Shown one piece after another: positions 1 through 11,295 of a stretch of DNA of 64,000 nt; the stretch's first letter is position 1; each line of letters opens with the position of its first letter. The stretch spans positions 6,200,001 to 6,264,000 of the forward strand of contig CM119375.1 of assembly GCA_051294905.1 (NCBI GenBank), in the 5' to 3' direction. Under the pieces are notes generated by a model, which searched no databases, had not been told where the DNA came from, and was given only the letters and a program-made list of their open reading frames with translations. The position numbers were made by a program, and so were the translations under genes. The DNA is from Botryllus schlosseri (Eukaryota).

Positions 1-186
1 TGCAGAGCGAAATCCAAGACAAATATCCAAGTACATACGGAAATTCGGATACTCACCGCTCAATTATACAGCCCGTTGTCACGAGTATAAAAGTGAGGAT
101 TTTTTCCTGAATTCATTATTTTTTTGATACCAACTCTACCCATCTCATCAAAAGAACATATTATACCAGATTTGCCCTCCATCGCG

Positions 187-400
187 AGATAGTGTAATGG
201 TTATGCGTCCGGCTTCTCGATCGGTAGGTCGTGGGTTCGATCCCCGGCCGGGTTACACCGAAGACTCGAAATTCGGCATCCGCAGCTATCATCAGCAATA
301 ACGGATAGCATGGAGGAGAAAAAAACGGCCGTATCGCAACTCCGTCGTCGAAGCATCTCGATGGTGCAGGCAAAAAAATAATATCATATCCCTCTGTGTC
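187..400 (+). mobile_element. tRNA-derived SINE (tRNA head + conserved central domain + tail)
   Basis: A-box-like TAGTGTAATGG and B-box GGTTCGATCC, then GGCCGGGTTACACCGAAGAC. A second head+core copy lies at 52641-52815 (-) and the tail (325-390) recurs inverted at ~42135-42210. No clean acceptor stem. Confidence 0.8.
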
Positions 401-682
401 TATGATTCTATGTCATCCTTAACTAAGCTTCATTTAAACATTATTCATTTCAAGCGACCACTCATTCGTAATTTACTCGCCTCTTCAAACAATACAATGA
501 ATCCAATGGAGAAATGCAATTAATCGCGAAAATTCTTTACTGACATCGTTTTAACTTGCAGTATGAAACCAGAAGCCACGCTTTTTAGATCGTTTTGAGA
601 TTGGCATAAACTGGTTTTGGGTAGATAGATATATTCCTCAGTCCTGGGTGCAGGAAATAGTACCGGAGAATGGACCATTCTG

Positions 683-1976
683 CATTAGGGTTGTTCAAAA
701 ATACCTTTTATTTCCAAATTTCACTCGCTTGATGATAAAATTGTCAGGTTGCCTAAAAAACGCTATACACCAATTCTGGGTTAATTCCGACCACTAAAGG
801 TAGTGCAATCTTGAATTAAAATTTCGACCATTTTTGAATATATAGTATTTACGGTGGAAAATTTCGACACTTCAATATGACCAGATATCGTGTTTCAGGC
901 ATGCCCAGGCCTGTTTATTTTTGGATATTGTTTTTTTGGAGATTCACCAAATATAAGATTTGAAAACATCCAAAAATAAGTTTTTTTAGAGAACGTTTTT
1001 TTTCAAGTTTTTAAATGATATAACGTGGTCAGAACAGTGTAAATACTTTTGAAACAACCAGGAAACTCATATAAACACAAAAGACAGCATGCGTGTGAGG
1101 GAGGTAGTCACCGTAAAAGTACTTCCTCTCATTCCAGATTCCACGTCAAGATACTACACAATACAGTGGCAGTGAATGTCTGGCATAGCTCTCAGCAATA
1201 CCCATCTGTATATAGCATAGTAATCCAGTTTTACCTAACATAGATTTAGCCTGACTAATCATTTGTAAATCTCTGCGAATGCTGTCGGGAAATGAATCAA
1301 ACGTACCGTACAACGTACAGGCCGCATAGTGCAGTTGCGCAATAGAGTGTGTTCTAAGACTCGACACCTGCCGGACATACTCACATAACCTCATTCTCAC
1401 TCCATACTGACCTAACACTAGCTTCAGTTGAAAGTTGGGAATGTTGCGAGTGAATGTTGTGGAGTATTTGATTGTATTACGGTAAGCATCTTTTATGAAG
1501 TACTTGGAGATACGAAGCCCTTGCGGTGCAACCTTCAATTCTCCAATCACTGTCTCATGAACCTAGGACGAGTATGGCCGACGGCCTTCATAGACCGACC
1601 CAGGGAGCTGCGATGCTCTTTGAGCACCAGTTATCCAAGGCACAGCCACGGTGGCGGAGGGATCAGTGGCCACAGACGCCCCTCTCAAAGCTGTGCCTGT
1701 GTCAGCCGATTGTACCTTAAAAGTAAAAAAAGTAGAAACGAAGAAGGCAACCGAAATGGGTGCTTTATGTCCAATGACACAAAGGACCCTATTAAAGGTG
1801 CTGTGACGCCGTGCTGTGGTGTAAAACCACAGTATACTGTCACATTGTTACGGGGTGAGGTTTACTGCGGTTCCTACAGACCCCTGAAAAATGAGTAGCG
1901 TTTTGCAGGCAACCTGACAATTTTATCACTAGGCGAGTGCAATTTGAAAAAAAGTTATTTTTGAACAACCCTACTG
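683..1976. mobile_element. Non-autonomous TIR element of the foldback family (Tc1/mariner-pogo-like ends) bracketing ~0.9 kb of unrelated sequence
   Basis: Left end CATTAGGGTTGTTCAAAAA and right end TTTTTGAACAACCCTACTG-TA are inverted repeats and match the arms of the palindrome at 40416-41039. Confidence 0.7.
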
Positions 1977-2327
1977 TACATCTTTCAACTAGATTGTATT
2001 GAAACATTTATAGCCCGCAGATGACAAGTATTGCAAGTCTACTCTGAATGGTCATATGGGGTGACATGAGGGGGCCACAACATGGCAAAACCAGCAACTG
2101 CCACTGTTGGGCAAAATAGAGTAGGCTACCTGAGTGATTTGATTCTGAATTGGCTATTATAGTCGAGTAGATTATTCTTTTGGCTATCGCTCATTATGAA
2201 GCCATAGCAGAATGAATATGAGGAAAGTTCAAATATGTCCCTTATATGAGACCACAAAGTATAAAATGCCGGTTCTACAGCTATGGCACTTTGAGACAAT
2301 GTCGCAGGTTGATCACTTAATTCTCAT

Positions 2328-2887
2328 CAGGGTTGTAACCAAGTCACAAGGCTCCGAGTCACAAGTGAATCTCACGTTTATAGTTTTGACTCGAGCCAAG
2401 TCGAGTCATTTTCAATTCACCACCGAGTCGAGTCCGAGTCCAAGTAAGCGAGCAGAGGGTCATGTCCGAGTCATGGTATTATGGCTCGAGTCCGAGTCCA
2501 AGCCATTGTGTTGACTGATCAGTTTCGATTTAAAGTCTGTTGAATCCACTTTATACAACTCTGTTTGGTGATATCGAATGGTTCGCGTATATAGTATACT
2601 AGTTTTATCCACCTTTAGCAGTTTCTGCTCGCATTTTCAAGTACCAGGACCAATAAACATAATCCCAATAGTGTGGTTACTTTACTAGTTTACTAATGTG
2701 GAAATTACAATTAAATGTCGGTCTGGGCCGTCTGAGTTTCGAGTCCCATGACTTGGTTCGAGTCATGCACAAGGACTCGAGTCTAAGTTGAGTCAATACA
2801 CAGATTGACTCGAGACCGTATTTTAAGAAAATGACTCGAGTCAAGTCGAGTCATCAGAAAATCGTGACTCGAGTCATTGCAACCCTG
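2328..2887. mobile_element. hAT-type MITE with GACTCGAGTC subterminal arrays
   Basis: TIR CAGGGTTG...CAACCCTG; 8-bp TSD ATTCTCAT/CTTCTCAT; many GACTCGAGTC/CGAGTC repeats at both ends. Confidence 0.85.
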
Positions 2888-2929
2888 CTTCTCATATATG
2901 GTGTTTCCAGCTTTGAACTACATATTTAG

Positions 2930-3144
2930 TATGCTACGATATGACAAGACAAATCCGGGTTTAAGGCTTTCACGATCGAAAATAGTATCGAAACTATAAT
3001 TTTCGTTGATAAATTAACTCCCAATGACAAGTAGCGTGTAATTTCACTGTTCGAAAATATCACCATCGGTAACTACTCGACTCGAATTAATAATAATAAT
3101 ACCATAGATTCAGATTGGATACTCGAATCATTAAGCCCAGCTCT
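2930..3144 (+). repeat. Diverged 3' half of the TAGGGCTGGGCA MITE family
   Basis: Alignable by eye with 34965-35176 (ACTACTCGACTCGAAT...GATACTCGAATCATT...GCCCAGC). Confidence 0.65.
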
Positions 3145-3331
3145 AGTTATTTATTACTGTTTCGTTTTGCTTAATTCGAGAATGAAAATTGTGAAGTCAC
3201 CGAGAGGACGTGGTCCTACTTCAACTTCCAGAGTTTTTTAACAGTCTGTTATTGTCTGTCATTTTACCCTATACTCCGCTAAATATGAACAGGAATGTTC
3301 AAGTTTGAACTATACTAGATATATTTGATAG

Positions 3332-3508
3332 AAACGCCACTTCAATTCTTCTGGCCGTGGAAAAAAGTTCCACTGCCGCCAGTGGAAAATTTCGGGGGCG
3401 TTTCCATGCTTCATGCTACTCAGTTTCAAAATATTAACGGATTATCGAATCTCTATTGGGGATGGGGAGGAGAAGATGATGACATGTACTTTAGAGTGAA
3501 AAGTAAAG
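3332..3508 (+). CDS. B4GALT: beta-1,4-galactosyltransferase family (GT7) internal exon; 5' boundary uncertain (candidate acceptors at 3318, 3331, 3382)
   Basis: Translates ...ENFGGVSMLHATQFQNINGLSNLYWGWGGEDDDMYFRVKSK(G), the hallmark FGGV/WGWGGEDDD motifs; donor AAAG|gtacgc at 3509. The symbol is family-level only. Confidence 0.9.
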
Positions 3509-4469
3509 GTACGCAGCCGGTGATTTATAATATAACGTAGATTCCGTATAATGTCCTATTACTATTTTGTGTCGCTAACGCCATCTTTGAACACTTACGC
3601 GTAACGCATTGATGTTGCTAATACTCGGTTCGATTCATCGGTCCACGAACCTCAGAGCTAGATAGCTAAGATTTTGCTAAACAAGAGCACGGTTGGTGTC
3701 ATTCAATTGATATCACTTATGACAGTAGCCTACATAATATCACTTATGACAACTATACGGCGAAATTTTTCATCCTGATCGTATAGCTTCTATCTTATAC
3801 CGTTTTTGTAAATTTCCACTCAATCTCATGGTGTTCGCTTTTGAACCACAATGGCCCCTCATCCGGACATAGCGAATCCTTGGATTTCATAAAAACAATT
3901 CCGCGCCATCAGACCTACGTATACCTCGCCGCTGTATCCAGCATAGTCAAGTCCGACACTGCGTGGGAAGATGGGCACGTGACCTCGCTTTCTGCCGTTC
4001 CAAGCCAAGAAGATAATACTGTAACGGAAGTGTGTTAATTTCTTATTTGCCGGAATAGCGTGATATGTTAAGTTTTGTTCTCTAGACTCTGGTGTATCTT
4101 GGATTTTCGTGGAATTTCCTTTTTTCCTATCACCTTAATTCAGTGGTTTTTCAGCCATTAGGGCGCGACCCAAATCTGAGTTTTAATGACTGCGACCGCA
4201 GTTTCGACATATTGAAATTTCTCATGTCAGTCTGCTTACGGGCATCCATACTATTACTGATGCACGAATCTGCGCTGTATTGGACTCTAGTCGTATAACA
4301 GCAACGGTTTCCTACATTTTTCTATTCATTAACTCGTTGCAGGGAATTAATTTCTAAGCTCAGGGCTCCCTGCATCATTAAAACTTGCGATACATTTTAC
4401 AAAATCAAGCATTTACGCGCATTTCTATACGTGTGATTCACAAACACATACGCGCGCACACCAGTGATG

Positions 4470-4935
4470 AGCGGATAGTGCTTTTCGAGACTCCGAATCC
4501 CTCCGACAACTTTAGTGTCGGAGGAAAACTCCCTCCGACTCCGAAGAGTTCAATCCCAGACTCCGAGATCTCCTATGAATCTCGTTAAGTATCCGAAACA
4601 GTGGCAAGCATGGTACACTTGGTAATGTGTTTTACTAAATTACTACTCTCCAGTCCCCAATTGCAGTGCACATGGCTGATTTTTATGCACTTGACAAACA
4701 CTTTTGTGTGTTACCCGCCATTACAACTTTGCAAGGTGTCATCTGTCTATGATTTGGTTTGAAATCAAACCACAATCAAGAGTGTATTCTGGTCAGAGCT
4801 ATCCAAAGATATCGGAGACAAAAGTTACAATACTCCGAAATTATCCGAAAAAATATCTGTAGTAAACTCCGACACCGCTCCAACTGTCACAAAATCGGCA
4901 AAGCTCCGCTCCGAATCCACTCCGACTCCGCCCCG
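4470..4935. repeat. GACTCC/CTCCGA short-repeat arrays (probable MITE subterminal regions)
   Basis: Clusters of CTCCGA(C/A) at 4485-4570 and 4865-4935; TIRs and TSD not resolved. Confidence 0.45.
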
Positions 4936-5691
4936 ATGCTCATCACTAGCGCACACGCAACACGCACACACACGGTCTTTCCGTTGTAGACGAAGTTCTT
5001 TATCACGCCATTCACGAACGAGCCGGAATATAGTTAAGCCCAAGCCCAAGTACGAACGTAAGACATATATATTGCTTGCCTAAATATTGACCATTTGAGT
5101 CCTATCCCAGCTAATGTCATCAGATATAGGACCGGTGGAGTTGAATAAGCTGGCGTAGTTGGTGTCTTCGAAATTGAAGGCACGGAATTCTACATTCTAA
5201 TGGAGTCATGTTCGTACGTAATCACTATTGTGGGCGTGTCGAATATTGGCTGTAGCATTGCAACGGTGTCGCTACTGGTTCTTTACTCTTCAAGTGTAAA
5301 TCAGTTCACAGCACAGCCAGACAGATACCGTAGCAGTTATATTGACGACAATAAGAATGCGTGCACCACACAGACAAAATATTCCAGAAGCTGCGGTTAT
5401 CTCTCGCGAACGCATTGTCTCTAGGCGTGACGTCATCAGTCGTCGTAGATGGCGCCCCGTCACAGTATGCAACACAATGCACTGGGAGTGCGGATAAATT
5501 TTTGTTGCAAGAAATTCAGCAAATATCGCATATTTACTTACATACTTTTCATCGCATAGGCCAGGAGGGTGTCTGATTTCAAATACTACTCCAAGTCGTT
5601 TCGACACCTCCCTATCTTTCATTATATCGCAGTTTTGTGGTGTTTTGAAATGATGAAAATATTAACAGACTGATACTGATACATATTCAAC

Positions 5692-5976
5692 CAGTGGATC
5701 TCAAACTTTTTTTAGGCACGCCCCCCTTTATGATAGTGATGAACTTCACCCCCCCCCCCCCTTATGGTCAAATCACAAAATGCCACCAAAATGCTAGCAA
5801 TCCCAACGTATAGAATGGCATGGAAGGGTATGACTATTGATGTGAGAATTCTTCAATTTGAAATTGGGACTATATACAGAGCAAAGCGCGAAAAGCAATT
5901 TCAGCTGACCGCATAGCTTCGCGTCCTCCTTCAGATGCTTTCACGCCCCCCCCCCCCCCCAGTTTGAGTTCAACTG
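5692..5976. mobile_element. Buster-type hAT MITE in the B4GALT intron
   Basis: CAGTGGATCTCAAAC...GTTTGAGTTCAACTG ends; degenerate TSD TATTCAAC/TATTAAAG; related copy at ~42650-42953. Confidence 0.7.
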
Positions 5977-7051
5977 TATTAAAGGGGCACTGCGCTCTAG
6001 AAATGATGTGGTCTCAAATTGAAGCGCAGATCGAAAGAAATTTTTGGCCATAGTCATTTTTTTCAGAAAGACACCGCAATGTAGCTGCAATTAAATGGAA
6101 TTTGTAAAGGCTCTGATGCGGTCGCGACCCATAATTCAAGAATATATGTCTTAATCGATGCAGCGACTAATAGGATGTTGACTTGTTGAGATATGCACGG
6201 CAATGTGATCAAATATGTTGAGATGACTGTAAAATTATAATATTTCAAAAAAGAGCACAACAGGGCAGATCCTACCGAACATAAACGTGAACTAAACGTT
6301 CACACCATCCCTAAATCATAATTGCGGCCGAGGCATCATACGTAAAGCAGGGCAACACAACACTGGGCAGCGCTACTAGAACTGTCACATAGGGCAGTGT
6401 GGAATAGAATATATATGCCTGATACATACGTTAGTATTTAGTATTCACAACGTTTGGACATCAATGCTCTGGCATTTTGCACTACGCCAATATTATTACG
6501 TACGAATCTGGAACTGTCGACAAATCTTATGACACAGATTATCGGATCGGGTATAGCGAGCAAGAGTTTGGATGAATGTCTAATCGTTAGGTGATGATCG
6601 AGAGCCGTCCTCGGTCGCATTCTACAGCAGTTGAGTAAAGGCTACCAAAAAAGTTTTTGGGATGCTGCAGCGCCACAAAACACCTCAATCCTTTTGCCCT
6701 GAATGGATTATGAAATATATTCTAAAATTCAAGTACGCATGCAGTATTCCTTCCACGCCATAGTGGAATCTTGTGGTCAATGACATTTCAATACTAGGTA
6801 ATTTGTTGGTTGGTTGTTGTTGTTGTTTATTAAACATAAATAATGGCGCTTATTGCCTGACGGCCTTTTGCTCCACGACCAATAACATTTGTTGGTATTC
6901 CAAGCCACTATATCGGAAATAAAGGAGTGATGACATCCTGAAATCGATGACATTGGGACAGTCTGCTATGCTACCGGGGCGAGACAATTTATTCAATCTG
7001 AAATGGAAACACACCAACGCTGATTATTATAAGCGAATATTATTTTCGAAG

Positions 7052-7202
7052 GATATGAAGTCTCCAATCCTTATGGCCGAAAGTGTTCGTTTCGTATGAT
7101 AGCGCATGAGCACGAAAGCCAGAATGAAGAAAATTCTGCAAGGCATCTTCTTATTAGACATGCAGCTGCGCGGATGTACCTGGAAGGATACAACACCCTC
7201 CG
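7052..7202 (+). CDS. B4GALT: beta-1,4-galactosyltransferase family penultimate exon
   Basis: Acceptor ttttcgaag|GA; phase joins the upstream exon (G+GA). Translates GYEVSNPYGRKCSFRMIAHEHESQNEENSARHLLIRHAAARMYLEGYNTL(R), with the RMIxH metal-binding motif; donor cg|gtattt. Confidence 0.88.
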
Positions 7203-7350
7203 GTATTTATTCTTACCCTTTCGGATATTTACACTTTGACGATTCCTGTGGTTCATATTCATACTCATAGTTTGACCGGAAATAGTGATGATGACTATAA
7301 AAATAATCGTTTATTGCACATTGCTCACATTGCACATTTGTTCATTACAG

Positions 7351-7495
7351 GTACGAGATTTTGTCGCATGACAAAAACCGCATGTATACAAATATTACAG
7401 CAAACGTAGGTTTTCCGTCGAGGAGAATGATGAGATTCATGCGTACATCGGAGAATAACTGTTTCAGCAAGATGCCGTGGGAGGGACATTATTGA
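7351..7495 (+). CDS. B4GALT: beta-1,4-galactosyltransferase family last coding exon
   Basis: Acceptor ttcattacag|G, phase-compatible. Translates YEILSHDKNRMYTNITANVGFPS..., matching the family C-terminus (LYTxITVDIG), and ends at TGA 7493-7495. Confidence 0.88.
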
Positions 7496-8833
7496 TATAT
7501 GATAGATTGTGAGAAATCTTTGTTAAAATAAATATGCTATGTGAAGCTATAGGTGCTTGGCAATATGATGGTGATTATCAGCGTTTACCGGATTAGTGAC
7601 CCATTCCCTAATATATAAAGTATATTATTAGATGCGGAACAATTTGAAATTGTGTAGGGGAGACAGGGGACAATTCTAACACTTTTTGTATTTACTACAA
7701 CATTACGTGTTTTTCTCCTGGAAATTTCTTACCAAAGTTTTATATGAAGTAGCCAACAACTCGATAGTTGATATAAAAATTAAAATGGAACTCGATCAAC
7801 AATCACTCATGGAACTATTGGGTCGCAGGGGCAATTGTACAACCCATGCGGGGCAATTATAACACTGGTATTTATAAGTAAAAACAAACGAAATTAAGAA
7901 CGAAAACGTGAGCGCAAATTGTATTATTGCATTAAACTAAATTAAGAGAAGTTTGAACGCCCCATCGCATTTTTGGCATCTGAATACAGTATCCCCCTTC
8001 GTGCCTTCTTAATGAGCTCCAAGTGTATACGAGAAACACATTCATTTCATCATCTCTGCACATATTCGGCATCTTCTGCCAAGGTGCTGTTGTTTAGCGT
8101 GCATAGTGGGTTTGGGCATTCGGTCACCTACGAAGGTGCGAAACCGATCTGGCCAAAATATCTTGGTTGAATGGGCCGGTGATAGTGTAGCAAAACGAGG
8201 ACACGACATTGTGTGGCGTCAAAGCTAATGGCATTCTTCTGTTTTGCACAAAATTAAAATATGTTGCTCACACCACATGACAAAATGTAAGTGGGCCATG
8301 CTCAAAGCCACTAGACGAGGATTCAGTCATGGGCAAGTTCTTAAGTGGTCATTGAAGGTCGACACACCAAAAGTCGTTAACATGAGAAAGGGTGGTAAAA
8401 TGATCACGGAAATAACCGAACCCTAAGATTCACATCACCAATTCTTTATGGCCGTTCCGACAGATGATCATGTTAATATTGGTATGGAAAAGTAGTATCT
8501 GTTCTGGTATTGAACTTCTGGCTGTTGCAAGATTCATCTGTAGCAGATAAATGGTTATACCAACATATGAACAAAGATATTCAGCATTGAAAAGATATTG
8601 TAACGGGGCAAAATAACAAAGAGTTACAATTGCCCCTGACACGCTCGATCATGATTAGTATGAGTATCTCAGTATGGTATCTGTCGTCTCCAAGTAAGAC
8701 TTGGAACTCCAAATGGACGAATATCTCATTAAAATACCGTTGAAAAATTGCTGGTAATATCCTGGTAATACTCCAGTAAATAAACAATAAATGAACAGAC
8801 CAACAACAACAAAACAAGCTGGCTACTCTCACC

Positions 8834-9929
8834 GGTTGCCAGTAAATTCGGCCGCCATTAAATTCGACCCTCGGAAATTCGGCCGTACATAGCTATACTA
8901 TTTTCAAGTTATTTGGAGGTCAGGGTATGCGTAGATCGCGTAATCCCGGGAGATAGTGCGGATATTTACGGGGCCAAATTGGGTAAATTCGACCCTCGGA
9001 TAATTTTGTATAAGAATGTATTACCAACTATTATGGTGAATTAATTACATAATTACATTATTATCAAGTGATTTGGAGGTCAGGTAAGGTATATCACGCA
9101 GACACGAAAGATAACGCGGATATTTGCGGGGCCGAATTTATCTAGGACCGAATGCAATCGTTGAATTCGGCCCTCGGAAAATTTTGTGTAAAAATGTATT
9201 ACCAACTAGGCAACTATATGGTGAATTAATTACATAATTACATTATTATCAAGTGATTTTGAGGTCAGGGCATGCGTAAATCACGCAGTCACGTCGTGAT
9301 TAGATCACGTTACGAGACAATGCTAGGGGTTAGGGTTACGGCGGGTTGCGGTTAGGGATCGGTAATGTTATTGTATCTTTAGGTTGGGAGAGGGGTATTA
9401 GGGATCGGTAGGTGGAATATTAGGGTTGGAGGATGGTGACCCTAAACCTAACCCTAATCTTGGGATACCTTAACCGTAACTCTAACCCTAATATATCCCC
9501 GCCCACAACCCTAATCTCCTCCTCCCAACCCTAATACCCATCACCCCCAACACTAATATTGTAATACCTTAACCCTAACCCTAATGTCCAACCCTAATAT
9601 CTTCCCTCCCCAACCCTAATCTCTCCCCTCCCAACCCTAATACCCATCACCCCCAACCCTAATCTTTGGATACCTTAGCCCTAAACCTAACCAACCCTAA
9701 TATCCATCAACCCCAACCCTAATCTTGGGATACCTTAACCCCAACATGAACCCTAACCCACCTCCAACCATTATGTATCCCCTACCCACCCACGGAACGT
9801 AAAATATCCCTATTTGAGACTAATAATTCGTATTAAATGCATTTAAAATGTAAAATAGATCAAGGGCGGAATTTACCGAGGACCGAAGTGACCGAGGGCT
9901 GAATTTTCCGGCCGAATTTACTGGCAACC
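8834..9929. mobile_element. Non-autonomous TIR element with GG termini and 8-bp TSD (Merlin-like)
   Basis: 20-bp TIR GGTTGCCAGTAAATTCGGCC...GGCCGAATTTACTGGCAACC; TSD CTCTCACC/CTTTCACC; ~2.5 internal copies of a ~175-bp unit (8890-9290). The superfamily call is inferred from termini and TSD only. Confidence 0.75.
9325..9760. repeat. Degenerate telomere-like repeats, G-rich (TTAGGG) block followed by C-rich (CCCTAA) block
   Basis: GGGGTTAGGGTTA...TTAGGGTTGG to ~9435, then many AACCCTAA(C/T) units to ~9760; lies inside the 8834-9929 element. Confidence 0.85.
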
Positions 9930-10413
9930 CTTTCACCACGTCGCTCACGTAAATGAACACACGTGCGCTCCAAAGCAGTCCAAGTGGCGAGTGAACCATA
10001 AAGAAAATAATGTTCACCGTGAAGTATCTTCCGGCAATGCAAGTCCTATTTTTCCTATCATCACGGTAGACCAGGGGTCACCAACGCGGTGTTTGCGAGC
10101 CCCCGGTAGCCCACGAGGATCAGATGAGTAGCCCGCGAGCCTGTTCTGAAAACAGACCGAATAGCACCGCTTACCAGTGAGCTTTTATTTATATATATAT
10201 GGATTGATTGATTTAGCTATTCTTGTATAAATCACGCTAACCTGTAACTCACAAATGACAGTACATATATATAAACACATAAAATGATGATATCGAATAT
10301 CCTCGCAATTACAATGAGTAATGTACCAATATGTAATCAAATCACAAGATATCGAAGACTGCGGATCTGGCGTGCTGCCTATAAAGGCGACATGACGGAA
10401 TAATGCCATACAC

Positions 10414-10960
10414 CAGTGTTACCCAACCGGGGGGGAATTCCTCCCTTGGGGGTAATTTCGAAACTTTTGAGGGAATTTGTAATTAGCGTTGTAACGCAAG
10501 ATACACTTGGTTCGCAACATTTTTCGACTTTTATGTTAGAACTGCAAGTATGAAACTAGTTCTTTGAAGGTATCTTTTGGCGGATTATTAGCTAGATATA
10601 TATTTATATGCCTCTACAATCCCCCCCCCTCCCTTGAAAAAGTGAGGCGCGTGAGACGATGTCGTTGGGCCCGCGACAGCCTCTCGACCAAATTGCTACC
10701 GAGCAGGGAAAAGTCCGGGAGAATTCAGCACAAAAAGGCCGTTGGAGAAAATGTTTACCTTTTTCAAGCCAACATCTCTGCTAACGTGAAAAACACGAAA
10801 TTCATTGATTGAGCTCAAGGCTATCGCAAAAGCGAATTTGGTGATTTATGATTTATTTGTAATTAGGAGCTGCCCGAGCAGCCCGACCAGTAAAAAACAG
10901 GTCAAATCTAGAGTAATTTCACCACAACGGAAAGTAATTACCTAATTTCTTTTGATTAAG
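10414..10960 (-). repeat. Partial inverted copy of the 52361-53410 Buster-type element
   Basis: CAGTGTTACCCAACCGGGGGGGAATTCC matches the 53370-53410 end; 10620-10930 aligns to the reverse complement of ~52860-53160. Confidence 0.7.
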
Positions 10961-11295
10961 ATAAATTTTTGATAACAAACAGTGGTGACCCTACGATTGG
11001 GGGTCCTGGGCGAGACTTCCAGGGGGACCTATAAGTATGTAATCGCAGCTTTTGAGGAACTTCACCTACAGACACCCCTCGCTTTTATTATTACCAACTT
11101 AAATTGATGCGCCATATGGACCGGAATTAGGCCTACGTCACTCACGTGTATGACACTGTAACACTGCATTGAAGTAGGCTTCAATGTTGAATTGTTGTAG
11201 CTCCTGGGCCTTCTTTTAATATACATTGTAAAATTATAAAATAAGTGACCCGGTTAAATATATCTCATGTCTTCATGTTGAAGATGTATGCAATG

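Noticed and set aside
187-260. Possible tRNA gene (Arg-like)
   Set aside because: No proper acceptor stem, continues into a SINE core, and recurs inside a MITE; it is a SINE head.
1428-1898. 156-aa ORF with LKVG...FDC and YPRH, reminiscent of upstream B4GALT exons
   Set aside because: No DVD motif, motif spacing and splice phases do not fit, and it lies inside a TIR-bounded element.
9325-9760. Chromosome end-to-end fusion site
   Set aside because: The repeats are enclosed by TIRs and a TSD, and a second copy of the element end exists at 46903.
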